In this document: piece after piece, positions 1 through 11,500 of the stretch | Layout of the letters: every line of letters begins with the position of its first letter | Numbering within the stretch: position 1 is the stretch's first letter | Source: Phoronis australis | Lineage: Eukaryota > Animalia > Phoronida | Direction of reading: 5' to 3' | NCBI GenBank assembly: GCA_002633005.1 | Contig: NMRA01000016.1 | Location: forward strand, 1,587,860 to 1,651,859 | DNA: 64,000 bases | The notes under the pieces: model-generated | Databases searched by the model: none | What the model was told of the DNA's origin: nothing | Seen by the model: the letters and a program-made list of their open reading frames with translations, nothing else | Translations under genes and position numbers: made by a program

Positions 1-702
1 AGAGTGACTGTGACATGTGAGTAACTGACTAGACGTCTTTAGTTAGACTAGTCCCATGCTGCACAAATTCCTTAAAGTTCGAGTCATCAGTTCCCAGATA
101 TGTACCTTTTGCGGAACAGATACCATCCATAATGTGAACGAAAAGTACTGAGAATTTAATATGATATGTGATTTATTCAAAGTAATTAGACCACCGGCCC
201 TTTTTACAGAAATAGACACATTATATAAACACACAGACACCCACGTACTGGTATTAACAAAGTGCAAATGCGAGAGAAAGAGCAAAACAAATGAAACAAA
301 ATCTACAATTCAAAATCTAATACTAACAGTACATCTCCATTTCTCTGCATGGACCAGGAGCTTGGCTACATTGTTCATGACATTAATATTTTGTGAACTC
401 ACGAAGCAACCAAAGATACATGGTACGTCTATTACAGCAATTGGATTAATGAATCATTAGGCTTAAAACAGAAATGTTTGTCTATTACAAATATTCTACG
501 AAAATCGTAATTATTCTAAATTCAACATTAGATGAACTCCTGTAATGGTGATTAGCAATGTGCAATTAATTATTTGTGATGTCACAGGAGTGAGTGTCTG
601 TGTGCTTGTGTAAGGAACTCATCAACTTGTCCTAGCTGTACCGTTCATCTGATGTACGAATTAATTATATTATGTAAACCTTGTCCACTATTTTACTATT
701 AG

Positions 703-790
703 GTCCAGAAGAAAAGATTTCATTGTGGATAAGTATTGCAAGAAAAGCTTCCTAAAACACCACCTCTTATCGGGAGATCACCTTAACGAG
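703..790 (+). CDS. ARAP: ARAP exon: C-terminal end of ArfGAP domain (SRRKDFIVDKYCKKSFLKHHLLSGDHLNE)
   Basis: ttag|...|gtgagt; ArfGAP terminal motif R..FI..KY; ends phase 0. Confidence 0.9.
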
Positions 791-1004
791 GTGAGTGACA
801 TGCTTAACGACACTTGTTGGATACAAATTGTTAATAACCATATATTCTGAGCCTTAATGCATTTTACCAGAGGTTGCTTATGGTCTTATTTGACTGGTAA
901 TGGCTTCATGGTCATTGTTTTTGTATTTGTCTCTTTTGCATTTGTATTGATATGTAATTCTCCTTCATATAGTTGTCTGGCTCATTAACATGTATATACA
1001 GTAA

Positions 1005-1253
1005 TACGATAAAATCTCTCCAATTTCGGACAAAAATAATTTCTTCCAAAATTGGTCTTTTTTCATTTTTCAAACACTTCTAAAAATTGTTTTGAATGTC
1101 CACAGTTGCTAGAAACATTGTCTGGATGTAGCTATGACATGGACCTTTATGGTATAGCATCTATTTGGTGCTGCTCATCTTTAATGAAAAAATGAAAACA
1201 TAAATTTCACTTGTCCGTCATACTGTGTCCTAAATTGGTGAGATTTTACCGTA
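1005..1253. mobile_element. Tc1/mariner-type MITE (TA flanks); related fragments near 10150-10375, 28875-29095, 31757-31900
   Basis: TIRs tacgataaaatctctccaatttcggaca / tgtcctaaattggtgagattttaccgta; motif aaaatctca..aattttggacaaaa recurs elsewhere. Confidence 0.7.
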
Positions 1254-2553
1254 TACGTATTGGAGCTAATTCTGGTATTTTTCAATCGAAGATAATTTCA
1301 AAATATCTCATATCTGAGTTGTAAATAATGTCAGTGTTGCTATGTGTCATACAGTGTATTTTTTGGATCATTGAAGTATTCTGTCTCAAAAGCATTGTTT
1401 TGATTTATGTGTTTAATATCTCGCTTTACGTGACTATTCACTCGTTTACCTGAGTGTCCAGTCTCGAGTATGGGGACAAGTTGAGCTGGATCTTGACTAA
1501 CTGATACTTAACAAATTTTGGGTTGTGACAAGCAGCTGACACACTTAAATAATGGCAAATTTTCAAGATGTTTGCACGATTCTTGCCCATTTGACATCGT
1601 AATGTGTAGTGGGTTTTAAATACGCCTTTCGCTTAACACTTAAATTGTGAAGCGAAAATTTTGAATTTTCTCCCTTGATTCCACCTTAGCTTTTGTTACT
1701 GGTAAATAAGTTGCGGCCATTTTGCTAGCATTCTCGAATAAGTTCGCTAGCTTACTCACACAACATTCATTTCGCATGATTTTACGTGACATGGTTTTCT
1801 TGTTGTTTTGGTTTTCTCATAAGAAACTTGCTCCGTGGTACAACGCTCTGATTATTTTGTCAATCAACACCTCGGTATTATATGAAATGTGAAGTAGAAT
1901 TCGTGAGGTGAGGAAGTGTTTCATTTACAAGTTTTTCAATGGATAGTATCCGTGTCCAGTTAACACACTGATGTAACGTCAGGGAACAAGTTGGGTGTAG
2001 ATGTCTGTTGTATGCTGTGCTGCATTGTGCAGGTTTTCTCTCCTTGGTATGTCGCTTTCCCTCCAACACCGCAACTCCCCTGTTGTGCGAGTTCTGCTCG
2101 ATGAAATGTTCATCTCCTGGACTTAATTAGCCAATGATCGCAGTATTAAAGTGCAGAGTTGCGGAACTCTGCTGCAGTGGGAAACGTAAATCCACTTCAC
2201 GCCAGACTTAACGAGACATTTGTCGTTCCCGCTTGCAATAGCCACGTGTTAAAGAATAAGAAAACAAAAATCTGAAAAATAATAACACTGATGATTCTGG
2301 CATTATTCATTGTAAATGGTAGGAAATGTTTATTAATCTCGAATCCATTAGTTTTGAGGGTATTGGTGTTTAATCCAGAGAACTAACGGTAACTCTGATA
2401 TTGCCAGTCAGTGGGAAACGTAAGTGAAGTTGCGGTGGAGTTGTCATAGACTAGAGCGTCCCCTGACAATAGTTTGTTGTAGTAAACTTAAATATATATT
2501 AATCAATTCAAACTAGGAAGCTTTTGATTTTATATAGAATGACACTGACATCA

Positions 2554-2768
2554 GGCGTGTGTTCAGTAGACGCTAGGACCTACACTAGGACCTACACTAG
2601 GACCTACGCTAGGAACTATGCTAGGACCAACGCTTGGACCTACGCTAGGACCTAGCTAAAACCTAGTCAAAGTCACGTGTTCTCAGTTAAAATACACGGC
2701 AGTATCTCGCGTTATCTCGCGAAATCTTGCTTTTTTTAGCGAGGTCCTAGCGTTACTGAACGGGAGGC
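2554..2768. mobile_element. MITE with ~27-bp TIR and internal 12-bp tandem array (acgctaggacct x~7)
   Basis: ggcgtgtgttcagta..cgctaggacct ... aggtcctagcgttactgaacgggaggc; second copy at 57642-57793. Confidence 0.8.
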
Positions 2769-4998
2769 AGTATTTGTTGGGAAAGTAGGGGGAATGTTCT
2801 CGTTCAAATTCAGCTGCAATAAATGGTGTGAAGAAGACTTGAATTTTTGGAAGAATGTATTGATAAGTTACCGTGAAAATGTTTTGAGCATGGCACAGTC
2901 CCAGCCTGGAGGTTATAGGGGCAATAAACTCACGCTTTTCATCAAAACCTAATTTTGATTTTATTAAGGCCACTTATTGTTAAAAAAGAAGTGTCGTATC
3001 TTGCCATTTATGTGCTCTGAGAAGAACAGGTACTATGTGTTTCTTGGTTCAGCTCAGATAAATTTAAGTTTCTTGTCACAGTGGTTTAGTTTCAGTTGCC
3101 AAGGCAGTATGGTGGTCATTTGAATTGTAGGAGATTGATGGTTTTTAATTGATTCCCATTTAGACAAATGCTAGATGTGGTGAAGCTGTGTTGGAAAAAA
3201 CAGTCATACACTTGTCCTGTAAAATGTTGATATTCTTTTGGTGTTTCTGAACATGATAGTTTACGTAATACTCTACAATGATGTCACTTTGATCTACTGC
3301 ACCAAAGTCTTAAAGAGGAAAAAGGTTGGCCTTCAAATATGTATTTACTAAAATAGTAATACAGTTTAAAGTGCTGCAATACAGTTATTTTGGCAGGTTT
3401 TGCTGATTAGAAGTAAAAATGTGAAATTTATTTACTTCCAGTACTTGCTCACTGTTATGGTTTGCTGTTCTGGTGTTAAAATATCAAAACATGGGTTTGG
3501 CTTGGAGTGCTGTATGAACTTTGAACTCTTTGGCTGTCATAAGTCATAGAAAACACATTTATGGTGAGCTTATGGTGTGAACCAAATCGGTGTTCTCCAC
3601 GACTTTTCTGTTTAGTGAGAAATCATAATTCATACGGGATTTTAATGTCCAATCATTATTTTATTGTGTTGTGAGGTCCCTGAAACTGAAACGTATTTTC
3701 CTCGATTGTTTGGGATGTGACTGATTGTGTTAGTTATTCACATTTCCTTGTTCTTTATGCTAACACAGAGACGTTACTGACACTCAAAGTTGTGCAGTCT
3801 GATGCAGGTAATTCATTCAAGTGTATTCTGTGAATAATTATAAGACGTATTTTCTTGGTAGGATGAGTATATAGTGACCCACTTAATGTCATGCCTGATT
3901 TTAGAATATCTCGTAATTCATCTTGACCTCATTTGCATTATCGGATCTCCTTGCCGGGTGTAAAACTGTTTCCTGTTTAACTGTCTTACTCTGAGACTCA
4001 CTCGGTATGATAACGTAGCTTATGAGAGTAGTTGCGATCACTGTCAAGTCAAAACCAGTTATTATCACAATTTACATAAGCTCAACCGCAATGAAATTCC
4101 ATATAACATCTTATACCTCATATGTTTTCTCATACAGCATTGCATTGTCATTGTCATTGTCTCAGGGACAGACATCACTGCACATTGGACAGGTCCACAA
4201 GTGCTCAGTCCTTCTCTCCAGCAGCCAAGAAAGAGTTACACTGCTGATGGTTCACATGTTGAGCTGGTTAATCCGGTATCTACTTTCTCCACGTAAGGTG
4301 GTTCTGATGCCGCTTTCTCTGACAACATGAAGTTCAGTTAGTCTTTCCAGGGGGGTGCTTTCTGAGGGAGCCTCCATCTCCTGGTCTTTCAGTGCCATCA
4401 AAACATCTTTCTCGCTCCAAGTGACATCTTCCAAAAGTTAATACAGCATTGCAGTTAGCATGTACTGTGAAGATGCGTTTTCTCAACTAATCCTTGTCTT
4501 GTTCTATTTGTTTTCTCATCATGCTGCGATTGGCGAAGCTTGCTAGGATGGTCTTTTCTTGAAGCTTCTATATACACTATTTTGTGACCTGTGAACGAAA
4601 AAAATTCAGACTCCGAATAGAATGTCAGGGCTGTCTATTAGTAGCAACCGTAACTGCTTCGTGAAATTACCAACAAATTATTTTTAGGTTCTCACCATTT
4701 TTGAGGCACCCTTGGAGTGCTTGGTGAATCTATTCAGTACTACAAGGTGAGGATGTGACTAGAAGATCTTAGTAATTCACAGACAGATTTAGGAGGTCCA
4801 GGGGACTTGCTCCAGGCATGACCAAAGGAAAGCGCTGGCATGCTGTTTTTTATGAGTGTCATGGCAATTTGGCCATTTGAAATTGTTGTCAGCTCTTTGT
4901 GTCAACATCCCAGGCCTTCCAGTGATTTTAAGTTTAATTGTGTTTAGTCACTCTTGCAAACATTCTAGATCTTCCAATGTACTGAAGTTGTGTCCTTC

Positions 4999-5529
4999 CA
5001 TATTGCCTCTCTATTAGGCTCATGGATGTCTGTGGAACTGTGTTTATTTGCAAAACTTAGGCGCATGTGCAAATATGTGAACTACTTGAATAAAAAATGG
5101 CCACAAAAAGGCGTTATTTCTAATCAGATATTAGCTCATGGGCCTAAACGTGCGACAATATGATAAAAAAAATTTAAAACTATTTTACCAAATTTCCTGA
5201 GAGTATGAAGGAACTTCAAAGATACAGATGCAAATAACATAAAAACGCCATTAAGAGGCACAGCTATAGTCAAATACTGCAAACGTAAAAACGCCGTTAA
5301 CAGGCACAGCGATTGTCAAATACAGATGCAAACGTAAAAACGCCATTAAGATAGTCAAAAGGGGTGCGCCTATTTGCCCGTTAATGCATGGGCCTAAGCA
5401 ACGGACATTACCTGGGTTTGTGTGCGAAACATAGGCGCATGCACTTAATAAGTGGACCACTAGGTAAAAAGGATAGCAAAAATCATTATTTTGGATATAG
5501 GCCCTTGGGCCTAAAGGCGCAGCAATATG
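4999..5529. mobile_element. Degenerate TIR element with internal ~54-bp duplication
   Basis: catattgc...taggctcatgg vs ccttgggccta...gcaatatg; tgcaaacgtaaaaacgcc repeated within ~5263-5350. Confidence 0.45.
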
Positions 5530-5760
5530 GCACTGTTTTTTTTCCTTGTAAGGTTGTTGCTTTGTCTTATTTCCATGTATCTGCTGTTGGGATGCAGTAG
5601 GGCTCTTGAATAATTTTCGGGTATGCTGTTTTATGTGAGTTTGATTGTTCTAGTCTAACCTCTCACCTGTGTCAAGTGGTGAGGAAATGTGCACATTTAT
5701 TGTTACTACTGATAATATAAAAGGAAGTGCATTAAATAGATGATGCTTATTTGACTTCAG

Positions 5761-5866
5761 GCCTTGTGTCGAGCTGTGCAATATCCTGATGTATTGGAAA
5801 CTATGGAAACGCTGTTTTCTGGTGCTAACATTCTAGCAGCAAGTGAAGTTGAGCAAGGCCTCACAC
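5761..5866 (+). CDS. ARAP: ARAP exon: ankyrin region (ALCRAVQYPDVLETMETLFSGANILAASEVEQGLT)
   Basis: ttcag|...|gtaagt; ARAP-like ALC.AV...D..ET..LL..GA; phase 0 to 1. Confidence 0.92.
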
Positions 5867-6688
5867 GTAAGTAACTTGCTTTTTAAAATTCGTTACTACG
5901 TGTTTTTATTCCGGAGTTGCTTTCATATTTACGCAATTGTAACAAGATGTGAGAAAGTGACTGCATTTGAAAGTGTTAATAGGTGGAAAATTATTTTCAC
6001 CTACTTTGTAAACATTTCCCAGTTCTACAATAGATAATCAAAAAGCATTTGCATACTGTGTCTTCAGAAGACAGTTTGGACTTTTTCATTTGCCGTATGA
6101 AAAAATCCATGGCTCGTCAGACATCTGATATGCCTTCTTATCGCCTTGGCGACAGACCTGCGTCCTTACCACAATGAAGTCACCTGAGTTTAGACTCTGT
6201 TGGCCTTATGGCTCATGATATGCTGGAATGTTCGGATTTTGTGTCCTAATATTATGCTAATTATTGGTAAGATGGGGATAGGATGCCTTACGCTCATTCC
6301 AAGTGGCAGATCTGCATTCTAATCTGGCTGCTGATCTCATTTCTGTTTTTCAAGGATACTTTAGGAATTGTCTTTTAAGTGTTCATTTTTGCATGAGGGG
6401 ATGTTAAAGACAGGAATTTTTTAACTTTTATGGAAAAACAGAAGTTGCTTAAAGCAAAAACAAAATGGTAATTTAGAAAACTGTGTTTTTGAGATTTCAT
6501 CTTGAGAATTGACATCATATTATGATACAGTTGTGCTATCAGTGTACCTCTCTTTTTGCTAAATTTATTAAAAATGCGTGGTAACATGACCCAATTATTG
6601 GTAGATTGGTGTAAAGTTAAAAATGAAATTTCACACTTAAGTCAGTCTGTTTGCCTCAAAAACATATACTTTTACCGAGTTATAATCT

Positions 6689-7058
6689 GTTACACAGAAT
6701 TTGTTGAATGCACGACACTTTTCATTGTTCACGGTCTTTATTCCGTTGCGTTCATACTTTCTGAACAAAACTCTACTCTCTACTGAACATAGATACAGTA
6801 ACTGACCTAGCGACATAATTAAAAGACACACGATATTTCGAAACATACTTGTTTCATTCTCAAGTGAAGATAAAATGACGCAGTAATGCCACCACAGAGT
6901 ATAAGCTNTCGCTAGGTCAGTTACTGTATCTATGTTCAGTAGAGAGTAGAGTTTTGTTCAGAAAGTATGAACGCAACGGAATAAAGACGGTGAACAATGA
7001 AAAGTGTCGTGCATTCAACAAATTCTGTGTAACAGAAAACTTGCTCCCGAAGTACAGT
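6689..7058. mobile_element. Penelope-like element remnant with inverted pseudo-LTR arms, 13-bp flanking direct repeat, N join at 6908
   Basis: 6686-6813 is the reverse complement of 6909-7036 (1 mismatch); cgagttataatct at 6676-6688 and 7059-7071; hammerhead motif inside. Confidence 0.65.
6829..6866 (-). ncRNA. Minimal type I hammerhead ribozyme-like motif (U3-A8 variant)
   Basis: Minus strand CAC-UUGAGAA-U-GAAAC-AAGUAU-GUUUC-GAAA-UA-UC-GUG: stem I CAC/GUG, 5-bp stem II, GAAA core, palindromic AUAU in place of stem III. Confidence 0.6.
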
Positions 7059-7234
7059 CGAGTTATAATCTATGTAGATATTGGGCTAAATATGCGGACT
7101 TATTGACAAGGTCCTTCGTAACCGTAAAGGAAAATGTTCATCATGTTAACCTCATTTTGATTTTGGGCAAAATGTTCTCATAAGACAACAAGCATGTCAC
7201 AAAAAAGATCACGTGTAAACCTCATTGTTTGCAG

Positions 7235-7344
7235 CTCTTCAATTGGCTGAGAGAGCTGGCCTACCCCTGCAGGTGGAGCTGCTGAACCAAAATGGAGGTG
7301 ACACATCCACTGGAACACAACAGCCACTCAGTCATAGTTACCAG
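7235..7344 (+). CDS. ARAP: ARAP exon: ankyrin repeat (PLQLAERAGLPLQVELLNQNGGD...SYQ)
   Basis: tgcag|...|gtattg; TPL.LAE.AG..LQ.E.L..N motif; phase 1 to 0. Confidence 0.9.
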
Positions 7345-7852
7345 GTATTGGTGATGTCTAGTGGGGTCTCTGTCATCACATTAGGAAGTACTTTGACAGA
7401 TTTTTAATTTTTGTTTTCTCTTCCACCGTAGGACATTTTTAGTCATGACATAAAATTACTAAATTGCGCATTTTATAAGGCCAAAAGCATAGCTTGGTTC
7501 TGGTTTGTGGACGTTTTAGAAATTGATACTTTCCTTTTTAGTCATCTTTCCCCCCAAAAAATGCCTGATATTATAAGTGGTGTGGAGTGCTTTGTTTATT
7601 CTGGTTAAACCAGCTCCATTGGTGCAGTGATGTTTGGCTGTACTGGTGTCGACTAGGAGGGGATGCTTGGATGTAGTTTTGAAAGAGAGGTATCGCATTT
7701 TTGGCAAAAATAATGCGGGCTGACGCTTCTTTAATTAGTGAGATTTAGCTTCGAAAACTACACAGACCATAATCAGATACTTGTTGTCATGGATCATTTT
7801 TATGATCGCATTCATGTTGTTCTCTGAATTTCTCGCACCTGCGTGTTTTCAG

Positions 7853-7928
7853 AATATTTCAAGTCTGGTCAAGCCCGTTGATATCAGCAAGAAAGGTTGG
7901 ATGCACAAGACTGGAAGTAACAGAAAAG
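7853..7928 (+). CDS. ARAP: ARAP exon: start of PH domain (NISSLVKPVDISKKGWMHKTGSNRK)
   Basis: ttttcag|...|gtgatt; PH beta1 motif K.GW..K.G; phase 0 to 1. Confidence 0.92.
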
Positions 7929-8082
7929 GTGATTATGAATGACGTGTCAATTTGGTTTTTCGCTTAGTTAGTAGTCGCACCAGAATAGATGTTTAGTCAT
8001 TGTGTGCATATTGGTGTTGGGTTGACCTTCATACTGTCCTCTACAAAAAGTTTCAACTCCAATGTAAATTGACATTTTATCC

Positions 8083-8505
8083 TAGTGCCCGGTTGCATGA
8101 AACAGTCCCAAATAGGGACTCAACTAAGTTCCCTAAGTCTACAGCATATTTGTGGACTTGTGAAAACACTGATTGTCTCTTCTTATGCTGTTCGAGTATC
8201 ATTACTAAGACATTTTTTGGCTTTGATACAAATCAAGAGGAAACTATAACTTATAAAGGTGATTTCTCAATATTATTGACAATAAGTACTGAGATCTTTT
8301 CAAGCAACGCTCCTGATTTAAGGACTAAGTCCCTAATATGACTAATTATGGGCTCATTTTTTAGTTAATATTAGAAAACGTCATTAGTCAAAAATAAAGA
8401 TAAAAACGATCGAACATCTGTGAGTGAAGAAAAAAACAAATATACAAAAGATTTAGGAGCTTAGTTGAGTCCCTATTTGGAACTGTTTCATGCAACTGGG
8501 CACTA
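8083..8505. mobile_element. PIF/Harbinger-like MITE with ~55-bp TIRs
   Basis: tagtgcccggttgcatgaaacagtcccaaatagggactcaactaag / cttagttgagtccctatttggaactgtttcatgcaactgggcacta. Confidence 0.8.
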
Positions 8506-11500
8506 AGTGTCTTTTCTACATGGTTTACATGACTTTTTTGTTGTAGCATTTGGTGCTAAATGAAAGGAATCAGCAATTACCCTTTGGGCCATTGGAAACT
8601 TGATACATTCACACTGTCCCGACTTCAATTTGGATCAATAATGTATTGTCAGTTTAGATGCCAGTTTTATCAAAGATCGTGTGCCCTGTTGGAGTTCATA
8701 CTGTTGTATCTCTGTTTTTTCTAGCACACACTTGTTAAAAGTAATTCGTGGAGATTTGGTGTTGAGTGTGGGCACTCTATGCAGTCAGGCAGATTTATAT
8801 CGACCTAGGTGTAACTTTTGGTTCTGGTAAAAAGCACTAAATCACAGTCATAATCACAAGGTTTTGATGTCTTAGTTATGACCAAGGGTACAGCCTTTGA
8901 TAAAACAGGCACCGAAGCATCTTGAAACTGGCTGAGAATGGGGTACTAGACTTTTATCGGTCCTATTCAGTCAGAGTCCAGGGTTGCCTATCTCTCGTGC
9001 ATTGAGTATCGTGTACTCACAAGTCTTTAAGATTTTGTGTTTCCCCTTGTCCCAGTCTTATTCCTCGGAGATGGATCGTCAGGTCGTGAAAATATTTACT
9101 TTTCGCTTGATTTACAGTTGGTGCACCCTCATTTTTGTGCAGTAATTGTGTTACAATAAATTGAAAAAATATTAAAATTCTTGTGTCAAATAGCAAATTA
9201 AAAATGAATGTTATTAACTACATAGTATGGTCAGTCGTGCGAGGGGAAACAAAGATAATGTTGACATTCGCAGTCCATAACAACTTTAAATTTACACTCT
9301 ATGTCCTTAGCAGCACCTATAGATCACTCAGAGTTTTCTTTTAATAATTTACTGCAGTCAGATTTTTTCGCTGACGTAAGTACATTTAAGTTAACTAAGT
9401 GTTGTCAATATAGGTTGCGCACCTACTTAATTTGTGGTTAACACTGCTCCTATTCGAACTTCTCGACATTTTACACTTTGTGATGTGCTGCAGTTTTGCA
9501 TCTTTCCAAAGATTGTGGTATAGTATATTATAACTGACGTACAGCTTTAAATCTTTGCCACTGAACCTAATGCTGAATGCAGATATTTCAGTGCTTCTTA
9601 TTATTGCATGATGCCTTGTACATTATTGACGTGTAAAATATCTGACTCCATGAGACTATCAGAAACAGGTGATACTAACTGTAAAATCCAGCTGTTTCGA
9701 CATTTTTAGCAAAAACATGTCAGTGTTAAAAATGCAGTATACGTTTTACCTAGTACAATTTTCACATTTTTCGCACAAATATCATTTCCGTCTGTAATTG
9801 CCATTCCTCTATTTTCCAATGGCTGATTATTTTGTTGATATATGTGAAATTCTTAGCCAAATCTTGATTTTTTATGTCTGCACAATACAAAGCAAGGCAA
9901 TAATCGACCGAGATTATGTTGATATTTAGTTTTGTTGTGAAATTTGACAAGTTAAAATATTGGGTCCTCGGCAATATTGTGTGCTAAACAGGTGAAAATT
10001 ATAATTGTATATTATGCCCAATGTGAAATACCTTTTAGAAGAGCATTTGATTGATGACATCACTGACGGGAGAGATTACATGCAGTGTGCACTGAATAGT
10101 CTGCTAATGTTTTGGTTCTTTCTTATCATTTTGCGTGTTTCATCTGGTGGCTGGTGTTAACTAAACATGTTAGCAGTAAAATATTGCTAGTTTAGAAAAC
10201 AATGTGGCCGACAAGTGAAATTTTGCTTTTTTCATTTTTTTAATCAATGAAAGATAATCAGCACCAAATAAGAAAATGATTTTGAGAAATTTTGGGCATT
10301 CACTGTGTTAGAAGCTTTTGAAAAAAGACCAGTTCTTGGAATTATTTGTGTGCGAAATTGGTGAGAATTTACAACATTTTTGATGTTTTGACTTCTTTTA
10401 ATATTAAATCATTAGTATGGTAAAAATTCTTCAGTTTCTCATAAAAAATAATCATTAAGAAAAATTATCTTGAATTGCTGTGACTGGGCAGTTTCCATGA
10501 AACATTTAGCAATTGTTTCTGTGCCAAATTGAAGAATTTTTGTCATAGGTGACCTGGGCAGTTGAGAGTATTTGCATGATTTTGACGTTTTAATCTTGCG
10601 TGTTGTTTCGTTAAAAGACATTGGTTGGCTATTGGTGATCATGTCATCACGAGGTCAGTTTGGGGTCGTCATGCATGCTGTTTTAGCTTTGTAAATATAA
10701 CTTACACTGCAGCCAAGTCATGTAAATTTCGCAGCACTGAATGATTGACAGATTAACACTGAGATGATAACTGGACAATCTAACGAATATCTTTAATTGA
10801 AGTTGATGAGCTGTGTCCATCTTAGCTAACATCTGTACAATGTATCTTGTACTGGCAAAGACCGACAAATCTCTTCATTCAAGATCCGTTACTTTTCGTC
10901 ACTTCACAGGGCCTGGCTTAAATAGAAAAAAATACCAGGCTGCATTCTGTAGACTTAAGAACCTTGCGAAAAAGCAAGATTGTGAAAGAACATGCTACAG
11001 CTCATGAGAAAGTACAAATGTTTTTCCCACAATGCTCGGTGGCTTACTAGCAAAAGGGTAACAATTGGAGTGATTGGTTGGTGATGTCGGAATGTTGATC
11101 TATGGGATAACAATCAGTTTCAAGCGTAGGGCAAGTGTCTCGGATCTACGGAAGGCAGCACTGGACACTGTCACATTGGCATGCCACTCAGTGTTTTTAT
11201 TGCTTTGTTGAAGCTTATTGCATTTGACACAGGATGTTACTGCTACACAGAACGTTTCACACGAGATGGCAACCCTGTGGTATAGAAACAACCTGGACTA
11301 AAATATAGCCGCACTTTCCTGTCCACTTGTGTCATAAACATCTCTTCCCACAAGCACGCGAACTAAGCGTCTGCATGTCACACTGAATTGTACAAAAAAA
11401 GGTGTCAAGGTTTTTGAGAAATTGTAGGCATCTACTGTTAGATGCCTAACAGTAGATGCCCACGGAAAAAAAATTTGGCAACTATTTTGCTGTCAAATTT

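Noticed and set aside
2175-2425. Repeated cagtgggaaacgtaa (Su(H)-like site; the second copy includes a gtaagt donor) as an alternative first exon
   Set aside because: Sits among other short direct and inverted repeats typical of a decayed transposon; no independent support.
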